Shown here piece after piece: positions 28,073-36,795 of a DNA stretch of 64,000 nt. The stretch spans positions 40,150-104,149 of the forward strand of contig UQZM01000001.1 of the NCBI GenBank assembly GCA_900545615.1, given 5' to 3'. The position numbers and the translations under genes were made by a program. This DNA is from an uncultured Collinsella sp. (lineage in GTDB: Bacteria; Actinomycetota; Coriobacteriia; Coriobacteriales; Coriobacteriaceae). Positions within the stretch are counted from its first letter, which is position 1, and every line of letters begins with the position of its first letter. The notes below the pieces were generated by a model. That model was not told the origin of the DNA, made no database searches, and worked only from the letters and a program-made list of their open reading frames with translations.

Positions 28073-28254
28073 GATTGCAGACGTATTGCCAGACGAAAGC
28101 GTGTTGCGTCTGGGGTAAAATCGTACGAAAGCGCAATTTGCGTCTTAAATCAGGACGCAAATCAAGACGAAAACCGTTTACGTCTGGCTTAAATCCGTAC
28201 GCAAACGGTTTTCGTCTTATAATACGGTCGTGAAAAGTACGAAACGAAGGGGTT
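28073..28254. repeat. Repeat-dense leader region (direct and inverted repeats built on ACGAAA/CGTCTT/GACGCAAA words)
   Basis: The ttaaatc(a/c)g(g/t)acgcaaa direct repeat occurs twice. An inverted repeat, agacgaaaaccgttt / aaacggttttcgtct, is also present. cgcaatttgcg is a palindrome. A perfect tataat box sits at 28217. Confidence 0.5.
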
Positions 28255-29514
28255 ATGCATATGGTTGTTAGAGAGGGCCCTACAGTCGAATACAAGGAAA
28301 GCGTTACGCCGACGTTTCTTAAAACGGTGAGCGCCTATGCAAACTACGGGACGGGCAGGATTGAGTTTGGCGTTAATGACGAGGGTATTGCCGTCGGTCT
28401 TGCAGATCCGGTTGCTGAATGTCTGCGCATCGAAAATATGATTAATGACAGCTTGGATCCCGCGCCCCGTTACTCGCTTGAGCCCGATGAGAAACACGGG
28501 ACCGTAATCCTTACGGTTTATGAGGGCCAGGACAAACCCTATCGAAGCAAGGGAAAGGCCTACAGACGAAACGATTCGGCGACGGTGGAGGTCGACCGGT
28601 TTGAGTATGGCAGGCTGACGCTCGAAGGCGGCAACGTAACGTTCGACGCGCTCGCGTCGGCTCGCCAGGACTTGAGTTTTCACACGCTTGAGCATAAGTG
28701 TGTTGAACACCTCGGCATTTCCGAGCTAACGCCGGATATCATGCGTACGCTCCGCTTGCTCGGCAAGGATGGCTATACCAATGCCGCGGCGATTTTGGCG
28801 GATAAGAATGATTTTCCGGGCATTGACTGCGTCCGTTTTGGCGATACCGAGGATGTGATCTTGGATCGCGAGACGGCGACAGGTCTATCCGCAATTGAGC
28901 AGGTGGACAGGGCGGTTGCTATGTTTGCACGCTACTACCGTTATGAACGTATCGAGGGGATGGAACGCGTCCAAACCGATCGAATTCCTCTTGAGGCGTT
29001 CCGCGAAGCTGTCGCAAACGCTTTGGTGCATCGGACATGGGACGTTCGGGCGAACGTTCAAATTGCCCTGTACGACGATCGCGTCGTTGTGACTTCACCC
29101 GGACCGCTGCCCGCCGGTTTGACGACGGAACAATACCTGTATGGGCAGATATCCGTGCTCAGAAACCCAATTGTCGCTGAGGTCTTTCTAAAGCTGGATT
29201 ACATCGAGAAATTTGGTACGGGAATCGCGCGAATCAGGCGTGCGTATCGAGATTCTTTGAGCCAGCCGGTATTTGATGTTCGCGGCGGCATGGTGGCCGT
29301 CACATTGCCCGTTATCGATGCCTTTGAAGGGTCTGAGGAAGAGGTCCAGGTTCTCAAGGCTTTGTCAGGCGGACGAATACTGTCGCGGGGCGAGATTGAG
29401 CAACAGACAGGATTGAGCCGCACGCGCACGTTGACGGCGCTTGAATCTTTGCTCAACCGAAACTCGATCGTAAGGCGGGGGACAGGACGCGCCACGAAAT
29501 ACGAGCGCGCATAG
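28255..29514 (+). CDS. AlbA_2 (Schlafen-like) putative DNA-binding domain plus HATPase_c_4-like ATP-binding domain protein (so-called RecG-like putative transcriptional regulator)
   Basis: N-terminal VEYKESVTP...SAYANYGTGRIEFGV matches the AlbA_2 signature. The C-terminal region is a wHTH. Confidence 0.65.
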   Translation: MHMVVREGPTVEYKESVTPTFLKTVSAYANYGTGRIEFGVNDEGIAVGLADPVAECLRIENMINDSLDPAPRYSLEPDEKHGTVILTVYEGQDKPYRSKGKAYRRNDSATVEVDRFEYGRLTLEGGNVTFDALASARQDLSFHTLEHKCVEHLGISELTPDIMRTLRLLGKDGYTNAAAILADKNDFPGIDCVRFGDTEDVILDRETATGLSAIEQVDRAVAMFARYYRYERIEGMERVQTDRIPLEAFREAVANALVHRTWDVRANVQIALYDDRVVVTSPGPLPAGLTTEQYLYGQISVLRNPIVAEVFLKLDYIEKFGTGIARIRRAYRDSLSQPVFDVRGGMVAVTLPVIDAFEGSEEEVQVLKALSGGRILSRGEIEQQTGLSRTRTLTALESLLNRNSIVRRGTGRATKYERA

Positions 29515-29593
29515 CTCAAAAGAGCAAAGCTACAAAACAGGCCCCAAGCCTACACCGGCTTGGGGCCTGCTGTCCTCTGGGATATTGGCGCCT

Positions 29594-30694
29594 CTACAGT
29601 TCAGCTTCCAGTTCGGCTTTGTGTTCGTTGAGGTAGTCGCGCATGTAGGGGATGGCAAATGAGACCTTGCCGTACGAGGGCGCCTCAATGATCGACTCTC
29701 TCAGCAGACGACTGCGGATGGAACTTACCTGTTGAGGTGTCTTGTTTAAGTCATCGGCAACCATGCTGGTCGAGCTCGTCTGCCCTAAGGACGCCATGCT
29801 CAGCAGATAAGCGATGCACGTGGGCGGAATGCGCTGCAGCGCGGGCTCAATCACCATTGCGCAGAAGCGTTCGCGTGCTGTTGCGATGCCTCGCTTTGCC
29901 TCTTCCTCTCCAATTACAGTTGTATGGGCGCGTCGTGCCAGTTGCCATGCGTAATATCCAACGAGCTGAATCATAAAGGGGTAGCCTTGCGTTGCCTCGG
30001 CAAGTTGGCCGGCAATACCTGGCTGCAGCTCCATGCCAGACGCTTCAATGGTTTCTTCGAGGGAGTACGACACTTCGGTTACTGCCACAGCCTTCAGATC
30101 AAAGGGGAGGGCACGGCGCAAAAACGTAAGTGTCTTTCCGTTGATGACGCTTTCTATCATCGAAGGCAGCCCCGCAAAAACAAAGGCGATATCAAGGTCT
30201 TCGCCGATAACCTGCTGAATCGCAATGGAGAGCGTTCGGACCTCTTCGAGCTCTGCGTCTTGGACCTCATCGAGGGTGATGAGCAGACCATTGCCGTTCT
30301 TTGATATTGCCTGCCTCATGGCGTCACGCAGCGATGGGCCGATTCGCTCAATGTCTATGCTGCCGATGGATATGCCAGCTACGCTTGGCTCAAATCTGGC
30401 GTGTTTGGCCTGAAATTTGGGCTGCAGCTGCTCGAGAATGCGCTGACAAAGTCCTTCGGTTGCGACTTCTTTTATGACCGTCCAGCCATGGCTTTGCGCC
30501 AAACGTGAGCACTCGTCAAGGAGGACCGTCTTGCCCGTTCCGCGGACGCCGGCTATGCGCATAAGGCGTCCCGGGGCGCCAGGCCCGTTGACGAGGCCTT
30601 CATTGAATTCCTCGAGGACATCTTCGCGGCCGATAATCGTGGGAGGTGTTTTGCCTGCTGTGGGCTTAAAAGGGTTTGTTTGCATGCGAGCCAC
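29594..30694 (-). CDS. AAA+ ATPase of the archaeal-ATPase (PF01637-like) family
   Basis: Walker A AGVRGTGKTVLL and Walker B LLITLDEV. 366 aa. RBS aaaggtgg. Confidence 0.7.
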   Translation of the reverse strand: MARMQTNPFKPTAGKTPPTIIGREDVLEEFNEGLVNGPGAPGRLMRIAGVRGTGKTVLLDECSRLAQSHGWTVIKEVATEGLCQRILEQLQPKFQAKHARFEPSVAGISIGSIDIERIGPSLRDAMRQAISKNGNGLLITLDEVQDAELEEVRTLSIAIQQVIGEDLDIAFVFAGLPSMIESVINGKTLTFLRRALPFDLKAVAVTEVSYSLEETIEASGMELQPGIAGQLAEATQGYPFMIQLVGYYAWQLARRAHTTVIGEEEAKRGIATARERFCAMVIEPALQRIPPTCIAYLLSMASLGQTSSTSMVADDLNKTPQQVSSIRSRLLRESIIEAPSYGKVSFAIPYMRDYLNEHKAELEAEL

Positions 30695-30703
30695 CTTTGC
30701 TCA

Positions 30704-30793
30704 AAATATAGCAAGATATAGCAAAATATAGCAAGATATAGCAAAGTATAGCAAGATATAGCAAAGTATAGTGAGATATAGCAACGTATAGCG
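30704..30793. repeat. Tandem array, 9 x 10 bp, unit NNNTATAGCA, immediately upstream of the AAA ATPase RBS
   Basis: The nine units are aaaTATAGCA, agaTATAGCA, aaaTATAGCA, agaTATAGCA, aagTATAGCA, agaTATAGCA, aagTATAGTG, agaTATAGCA and acgTATAGCG. Period is exactly 10 bp. Confidence 0.85.
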
Positions 30794-30818
30794 CTGCTCG
30801 CGGGTTCTTGCGGTGGCG

Positions 30819-31499
30819 CTATTTTCCAAAGGCCACGCGGATAAAGCGCTGGGCGAAGAGCTTATTGGCGACGTTGATGACATGGCCCAGGAACAGTGCC
30901 GAGATGGCGGTCGTGACGCCAAAGCCGCCCAGGTTGTGCATAAAGACCAGCGACAGCGCGATCGAGGCGGCGACGTGCGAGCAATCGAATACGACCTTCA
31001 CATCGCCAAAGCGGCATTTGAGCTTTTCGGCAATGACCTGTACCAAGCCGTCGGGTGCGTTGGGAACGACGCCCATATTGACGACGAGGCTTACGCCAAA
31101 CGCGGTGATGGCAAGCGAGAGCAGCATGGTTACGACCTGTGCCGGCAGCGCGGTGGGGTGCAGAGGGTTAACGTTCATAAAGAAATCGGTAAAGCCGCCG
31201 ATCAGCGTTGAGAAAAAGAGCTCGAGCAAAATGCGCGGCTGAAACTCGCGGCGCAAGATGGCTGCCTGTGCGGCAATGTAGGCGACATAGGTCGCGGTAA
31301 TCCAAAAGCCGAGCGTCTTGCCGGTGAGCATGGACAGCGTCGTGGCAAAACAGGTAAGCGCTGCCACGCCTAGGCCCGACGCAGTCTGGATGCTCATGCC
31401 GAGGGCGAGCGTCGCGACGCCTGCTAAATACATCAACATCCTGATGACGGTATGGCACCAATTGATCTTCTCGCCATTCATAATGATGAGCGGTCGCAT
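30819..31499 (-). CDS. Polytopic membrane protein (YitT/YczE-like, DUF-type)
   Basis: About 226 aa with 5-6 TM helices. RBS aaaggacgg precedes the Met of MRPLIIMNGEKIN. Confidence 0.55.
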   Translation of the reverse strand: MRPLIIMNGEKINWCHTVIRMLMYLAGVATLALGMSIQTASGLGVAALTCFATTLSMLTGKTLGFWITATYVAYIAAQAAILRREFQPRILLELFFSTLIGGFTDFFMNVNPLHPTALPAQVVTMLLSLAITAFGVSLVVNMGVVPNAPDGLVQVIAEKLKCRFGDVKVVFDCSHVAASIALSLVFMHNLGGFGVTTAISALFLGHVINVANKLFAQRFIRVAFGK

Positions 31500-31810
31500 G
31501 CTGCTACCCGTCCTTTCGGTTGTGAAGAAAAGGCTGACTTGGGCCGGCAAAAGAGGGTTATCGGAGGCACTGCTGTAAAAGCAGAAAAGCCGGCCCCACG
31601 GTCAGTCGTCTAGGAAATGTCTCGCTGTGCCGGAATGGGACTGAAGGGCCAACGAGACGGGAGGAAAGCAAATGACATAGCGTGGGCAATAGGATGCCAA
31701 GATGGTGGGGTGCGTCTTAGCATCCTATTGCCCACGCTTAACGAAATCGGTTTCGTTTGAGCCTTAGTATACGCACGGGATTCTATTTGCAAAGAGAAAA
31801 ATAATAAAAA

Positions 31811-31824
31811 GGTGAACGTTCACC
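31811..31824. promoter_or_regulatory. Operator GGTGAACGTTCACC upstream of second GntR gene
   Basis: Perfect copy of the 14-bp palindrome. Confidence 0.55.
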
Positions 31825-31847
31825 TAATCGCAACAACTCGTTGGCTG

Positions 31848-31916
31848 TAGTTGCGGTGGAATAGTTCCTGTTTTTGCTGCTGAAGGCCTTGAACAGGAAC
31901 TATTCCACCGCAACTT
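31848..31916. repeat. Palindromic repeat, AGTTGCGGTGGAATA family (copy d)
   Basis: 24-bp perfect arms agttgcggtggaatagttcctgtt / aacaggaactattccaccgcaact. Confidence 0.7.
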
Positions 31917-31987
31917 ATGAGGGGGCGGGGGATGCGATAGTATTGCATGGTGGTATTCGATTAACCGAGGCTTCATCCGAGGGCTTT

Positions 31988-32680
31988 ATGGAACAACACC
32001 AGCATTATCAGAGCCTGCAAGACCAGGCGTACAACGCATTGCGGTCCAAGATCATCTATGCCGAGCTCAAGCCCGGCACGCGCCTTTCGGCGATTGGTCT
32101 GGAAAAAGAGACGGGAATCGGGCGCACACCCATTCGCGAGTCCTTTGTGCGTCTGCGCGAGCAGGAGCTGGTGGAAACGCGTCCCAAAAGCGGTACCTAT
32201 GTCTCAAAAATCAGCATGGAGCGTGCCGAGAACGCCTGTTTCTTGCGCGAGAAACTCGAGAGAAGCGTACTCATTAAATGCTGTTCTGCCGCCACGCCCG
32301 AGCAAAAGCATCGGCTCGAGCAGATTCTTGCCGAGTCCGAGTCGCTCGACCATAGCGAAACGCGTCGCTTCTTTGACCTGGACAACCTGTTCCATGAGAC
32401 GTGTTTTGAGATTGCCGGTCGTCACATGTTGTGGGATTGGATGAAGAGCATCAACACGCATTTTGAGCGATACAACTGGTTGCGTATGGTGTCGCAGGAT
32501 TTGGATTGGGAGCCGATTCGTCGGCAGCATCGCCGGATTCTCGAGGCCATTAAGGGGGGCGATACCGACACGGCGAGCTATCTGGCAGAGACGCACCTGC
32601 ACCTGATGCCCGAAGAGCAGGGCCCGGTTATCGCCTTGCATCCCGACTATTTTGAGCTGTCCAAAGACTCGGCCATCTAA
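31988..32680 (+). CDS. GntR-family (FadR/FCD subfamily) transcriptional regulator
   Basis: HTH AYNALRSKIIYAELKPGTRLSAIGLEKETGIGRTPIRESF plus an FCD domain. The track's start at 31874 lies inside the hairpin repeat and is rejected. Confidence 0.75.
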   Translation: MEQHQHYQSLQDQAYNALRSKIIYAELKPGTRLSAIGLEKETGIGRTPIRESFVRLREQELVETRPKSGTYVSKISMERAENACFLREKLERSVLIKCCSAATPEQKHRLEQILAESESLDHSETRRFFDLDNLFHETCFEIAGRHMLWDWMKSINTHFERYNWLRMVSQDLDWEPIRRQHRRILEAIKGGDTDTASYLAETHLHLMPEEQGPVIALHPDYFELSKDSAI

Positions 32681-32693
32681 CTCGTCCCCTTCA

Positions 32694-32761
32694 TTAGTTG
32701 CGGTGAAATAGGGATTGTTTGGGGCTCTGATGGTGTAAACAGTCCGTATTTCACCGCAAGT
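32694..32761. repeat. Palindromic repeat, AGTTGCGGTGAAATA family (copy e)
   Basis: Arms agttgcggtgaaatagggattgttt / aaacagtccgtatttcaccgcaagt. Located after the GntR stop. Confidence 0.65.
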
Positions 32762-33071
32762 GCGAGACGCTACCGGGGCACAAAAAAGCTGCGGCGCCGC
32801 TTGGAGGAAAAGACCGGAAACAAGGGTCCATTCCTCCAGACGGCGCCGCAGCTGTTTTGATGGCTCGGTTTTTGTCGATGTGGCTCAACTGGGCGCGGTT
32901 GCCAGCCGAGTAGGCAAAGCGGCTCGGGGGCGTGTCGCTTCCGTCACGTTCTATCAGCATACAAGACGGTTTTGGTTCTTGTTCGTGACGGAAACGGCGC
33001 GCTTCCGAGCCGCTTTAAAAGAAAGAGGGCGAGGTCTAGGGCACGCCCCCTTTCACGATAGAGAGCTAAAC

Positions 33072-33713
33072 CTAGCCGCGGACCTTCTTGACGACGTCCA
33101 TGGCCTCGCGGGCGATCTGCTCGACCTTGGAGAAGTCGCCGTCGGCAAACAGGGCCGGCTTGACCATCCAGGTGCCACCGCAGGCGATGATGGCGGAGGA
33201 GCTCAGGTACTCCTCGACGTTGGCAGTGCTCACGCCGCCGGTGGGCATAAAGCGGTGACCGACAAACGGAGCGGCGAGGGCCTTGATGGTGTTCAGGCCG
33301 CCATACTGGGACGCGGGGAAGAACTTGGTGACCTTGAGGCCCAGGTTCTCGGCTGCGGTGACCTCGGAGGGGGTTACGGTGCCGGGAAGGACAGGCAGGT
33401 CGATGTCGATGCAGTGCTTCACAACGTCCTCGTTGTAGCCCGGGGAGACGATGAACTTGGCACCGGCGGCACGGGCCTGCTCAACCTGCTCGACGGTCAG
33501 GACGGTGCCGGCGCCCACGCACATCTCGGGCTCGGCCTCGGCCATAGCGGCGATGCACTCGGCAGCGCAAGCGGTGCGGAAGGTGACCTCGGCGGACTTC
33601 ATGCCGGCGGCCATCAGGGCGTGAGCGAGCGGAGCGGCGTCCTCGACCTTGTCGAGCACGACGACCGGCACGATGCCCAGGGACTCAAGCGTGGTGTAGA
33701 ACTGATCGAACAT
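33072..33713 (-). CDS. eda: 2-dehydro-3-deoxy-phosphogluconate (KDPG) aldolase
   Basis: MFDQFYTTLESLGIVPVVV N-terminus and a TIM barrel. RBS gaaaggaa. Confidence 0.85.
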   Translation of the reverse strand: MFDQFYTTLESLGIVPVVVLDKVEDAAPLAHALMAAGMKSAEVTFRTACAAECIAAMAEAEPEMCVGAGTVLTVEQVEQARAAGAKFIVSPGYNEDVVKHCIDIDLPVLPGTVTPSEVTAAENLGLKVTKFFPASQYGGLNTIKALAAPFVGHRFMPTGGVSTANVEEYLSSSAIIACGGTWMVKPALFADGDFSKVEQIAREAMDVVKKVRG

Positions 33714-33966
33714 GATGTTCCTTTCGATGTGCGGCGCGCATGGGCGCGTGATTACCAAATGTGCTGGTCAGGAGCCGATTTTGGATTGGTTATCGGAGGC
33801 ACTGCTTGGGGTTCAAGCAATTCCAAAACCGGCTGCTCGACCAGTCATGTAGGGAATGCCAGGCAAAACCGGAATGGGACTGGTGGTTTTGCCCGGCCGG
33901 AGGAATCAGGGAGCGGGCCGCAGGGGTATGGGATTGGAAAGCTGCGGCCCGCGGAATGGAGACGGA

Positions 33967-35001
33967 CTAGCGCGCGACGCGGGTGCCACCGTCGGCGGCT
34001 GATGCTACGGCTGCGATCTCGTCTGCGGTCACCAAGTTGGAGTCGCCCTTGATGGTAAGCTTGAGGATCGAAGCCGCAATCGCGTAGTTGACGGCAGCCT
34101 GCGGATCGAAGTCGTTGATGAGGGCGTGGACCAGGCCGGCGTTGAAAGCGTCGCCGGCGGCAACACCCTCAAGCACGTGCACATCGTGAGCAGGGGAGAA
34201 CCAGTGCTCGCCGCTCTCGGCGTCATAGAGCATGCCCATCCAGATGGAGCGCTCGACGCAGGAGATGTTGCGGACGACCGAAGCGACCTTCTTGCAGCCG
34301 TACTCGGCGCAAATCTGACGGGCCATCTCGACATAGGTGTCGCGCTCCTCGATGCCGTGGGCAAGGGAGCCAGAGACGCAGATCATACCGAGGCCAGCAG
34401 GCGCATCCTCGTCGTTGGCGATGCAGATGTCGACGAGCGGCAGGAGCTCCTTCATGGTGGCCTGCGACTTCTCGGGCGACCACATCTTGCCGCGATAGTT
34501 GACGTCGCACACGGTGGTGATGCCCTTGGCGCGGCAAGCGGTGAGGGCATCCTTGCACGCAGCGGCCATCTCGTCGGAGACGGCGGGGGTCACGCCGGAG
34601 AAATAGAAGACATCGATGCCCTTGAGGATCTCGTCCCAGTCAAAGACGTCGCGCTTGGCCATGTTGATGGCGGAATACTTGCGGTCGTAGACGCAGCCGT
34701 TGCCGCGCTGCGAGGCACCGACTTCAAACACATAGGAGCCAAGACGGTCGCCCTGACGCACGACGCGCGTGGTGTCGACGCCGTAGGCCTTCAGCGAACG
34801 CAGGGCGCACTCGCCCAGACGGTTGGCCGGGACAACGGAGACGTAAGCGGCCTTGTCGCCCTGGTAGGCCAGGGAAAGCGCAGTGTTGGCCTCGGCGCCG
34901 CCATAGCGAACGTCAAACTCGGTCGCCTGCTCAATACGCAGGTGATCTTTGGGCGAGAGTCTCATCATGATTTCGCCGAAGGTAAGAACCGTTTTACCCA
35001 T
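33967..35001 (-). CDS. kdgK: 2-dehydro-3-deoxygluconokinase (PfkB family)
   Basis: PfkB motifs GGAEAN and DVHVLEGVAAGDAFNAG. RBS aaggag precedes MGKTVLTFGEIMMRL. Confidence 0.8.
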   Translation of the reverse strand: MGKTVLTFGEIMMRLSPKDHLRIEQATEFDVRYGGAEANTALSLAYQGDKAAYVSVVPANRLGECALRSLKAYGVDTTRVVRQGDRLGSYVFEVGASQRGNGCVYDRKYSAINMAKRDVFDWDEILKGIDVFYFSGVTPAVSDEMAAACKDALTACRAKGITTVCDVNYRGKMWSPEKSQATMKELLPLVDICIANDEDAPAGLGMICVSGSLAHGIEERDTYVEMARQICAEYGCKKVASVVRNISCVERSIWMGMLYDAESGEHWFSPAHDVHVLEGVAAGDAFNAGLVHALINDFDPQAAVNYAIAASILKLTIKGDSNLVTADEIAAVASAADGGTRVAR

Positions 35002-35105
35002 GGTCGCGCAGCTCCTTCTTACTCGTGCGTACACCTTTGATATGGCGTTGGCACGGAGGTGCCAAGACGGTAGGGTACATCTTTGCACCTCCGTGCCAAC
35101 GCTCG

Positions 35106-35133
35106 CCGAAATCGGTTTACGAAATCGGTTTCG
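35106..35133. promoter_or_regulatory. Tandem LacI-type near-palindromes CGAAATCGGTTTACG / CGAAATCGGTTTCG in divergent kdgK-LacI promoter
   Basis: 14-bp near-palindromes with central CG. The same 40-bp module occurs at 31737-31779. Confidence 0.5.
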
Positions 35134-35235
35134 TTTCGAGTTGTAGTATACTCACCTACAGCGTTTTGCAACCGAGATTTTTAAAAAAATGCCTAAAATG
35201 GCTCAGACTGCCGACATTGGGAAACGGGGTGCGCT

Positions 35236-36258
35236 ATGGCGCAGATGAGAATCAAGGACATTGCCGTCGAGGCGGGCGTGAGTCCGGCCACGGTCTCGCG
35301 CTATCTCAATAACCGCCCCGGGCAGATGACCGAGGAAACCCGCGCTCGCATCGCGGCGGTTATCGAGCGCACTGGCTATCGCCCACGTGCCGCCGCACGC
35401 AATCTACGCAGCTCACGCACCAACCTCATCGGCGTGATTCTGGCCGACATCGCCAACCCGTTCTCGAGCGCAATGCTCGAAGGGCTTTCCGCCAGTGCCG
35501 CCGCGCGCGGCTGCTCGCTTATGACGGCCATTAGCGGCAACGACCCCGCCAAGGAGGCAGAGTCGCTCACCAGACTTATCGATGCCGGCGTGGACGGCCT
35601 GGTCGTCAACACCTGCGGAGGCAACGACAAGGCGATCGCCGCGGCCGCGGGGCGCCTGCCGGTCGTGTTGCTCGACCGCGACATCGAGGACGGCGGCATC
35701 GACTTGGTGACGTCTAACAACCGTGAGCTCGTCGCCGGGCTGGTCGACGCCTTGGCTGCTGCGGGCAGTGAGCGCCTGTGCCTGCTCACCGAGGCAAGCG
35801 ATGACAGTCCTGTCCGTCGCGAGCGTGCCGAGGCCTTTACCGACGAGCTCGCTCGTCGCGGTCTTGCCGGCGAGGTTGTCACCCTCACCGACGGTGGCGC
35901 CGAGGGTATCAGTCGCCTGGACGAGACCATCCGCGATTACGCAGGTAAAAAGCTCGGCCTTATCGCCGTCAACGGTTTGGTCTTTTTGCGCTTGACCGAG
36001 GCGCTGGCCCAGCTTGGCCCCTCGCTGCCGGCGGGCCTAAAGATCGCGACGTTCGATGACTATCCCTGGAACCACGTGCTCTTTGGCGGCGTGACTACAG
36101 CCGCGCAGGACACCCAGGCAATTGCCGAGCGCGTGGTCGAGCGCCTGTCCGAGCGCATCGACGTCGTCACCACCACGGTAGGCGAGGCAGCAAGACTGGC
36201 GCCTAAGCGCATCGAGATCCCCGGCCATATCGAACACCGCGCCTCAACCTCACGCTAG
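35236..36258 (+). CDS. LacI-family transcriptional regulator (candidate KdgR-like repressor of kdgK-eda)
   Basis: HTH MRIKDIAVEAGVSPATVSRYLNN. 340 aa. Divergent from kdgK. Confidence 0.85.
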   Translation: MAQMRIKDIAVEAGVSPATVSRYLNNRPGQMTEETRARIAAVIERTGYRPRAAARNLRSSRTNLIGVILADIANPFSSAMLEGLSASAAARGCSLMTAISGNDPAKEAESLTRLIDAGVDGLVVNTCGGNDKAIAAAAGRLPVVLLDRDIEDGGIDLVTSNNRELVAGLVDALAAAGSERLCLLTEASDDSPVRRERAEAFTDELARRGLAGEVVTLTDGGAEGISRLDETIRDYAGKKLGLIAVNGLVFLRLTEALAQLGPSLPAGLKIATFDDYPWNHVLFGGVTTAAQDTQAIAERVVERLSERIDVVTTTVGEAARLAPKRIEIPGHIEHRASTSR

Positions 36259-36300
36259 CCTGTGTGATAATATATAGACAATGTCATACAGGAGGTATCC

Positions 36301-36795
36301 ATGGCTGCGTCTGTACTGAGTGTGCGAGTGGACTCGTCAATTAAAGATTCATTTGCCGAGCTATGCGAAGAACTCGGCATGACTTCGTCTGTTGCGGTCA
36401 ATATGTTTATGAGGCAGATGCTGCGCGAGCGTTCGCTGCCGTTTGTTCCTTCACTCGGTAAAAGCTCTGCGAGCGAAAGCGTCTCGGCGGGCATTTTAGA
36501 TACTGCCCAGATTGAGTCCGCAGTCCGCGAGGCAGCCAGCTCGATTCCTGCTATCAAAAGCGTGATACTTTTCGGTTCGTATGCCCGTGGCGAGGCGCGT
36601 CCCGATAGTGATATCGACTTGCGCCTCGAAGTCGATCGCGAGCGGGGCTTTGGCCTCTTCGCGCTGTCGGCATTTGGTGAGGCGGTGCGCAAAAAAACCG
36701 GGAGGCAGGTTGACCTCGTCTCGAGTGACTATCTTGATGACGATCTTGCCGCGGTAATCGAGCGCGAAGGAGTGATCCTCTATGATCGCGCGTAA
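36301..36795 (+). CDS. Fusion protein: RelB/DinJ-like antitoxin N-domain plus MNT-type nucleotidyltransferase domain (antitoxin of HepT/MNT system)
   Basis: N-terminus VRVDSSIKDSFAELCEELGMTSSVAVNMFMRQMLRERSLPF resembles DinJ. The C-terminal ILFGSYARGEARPDSDIDL carries the GS...D.D nucleotidyltransferase motif. Confidence 0.7.
   Translation: MAASVLSVRVDSSIKDSFAELCEELGMTSSVAVNMFMRQMLRERSLPFVPSLGKSSASESVSAGILDTAQIESAVREAASSIPAIKSVILFGSYARGEARPDSDIDLRLEVDRERGFGLFALSAFGEAVRKKTGRQVDLVSSDYLDDDLAAVIEREGVILYDRA

Noticed and set aside
30704-30793. Possible CRISPR array
   Set aside because: The units are contiguous 10-bp repeats with no spacers, far shorter than CRISPR repeats. No cas genes are present.
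30701-30922. Minus-strand ORF translating to ...YILLYFAISCYILLYLAIF, and ORF 30553..30744
   Set aside because: These are translations of the 10-bp tandem array; the periodic peptide is an artefact.
31874-31987. Track start of GntR gene at 31874, giving 38 extra residues
   Set aside because: The ATG lies inside palindromic repeat copy (d). The HTH begins right after the internal Met at 31988.
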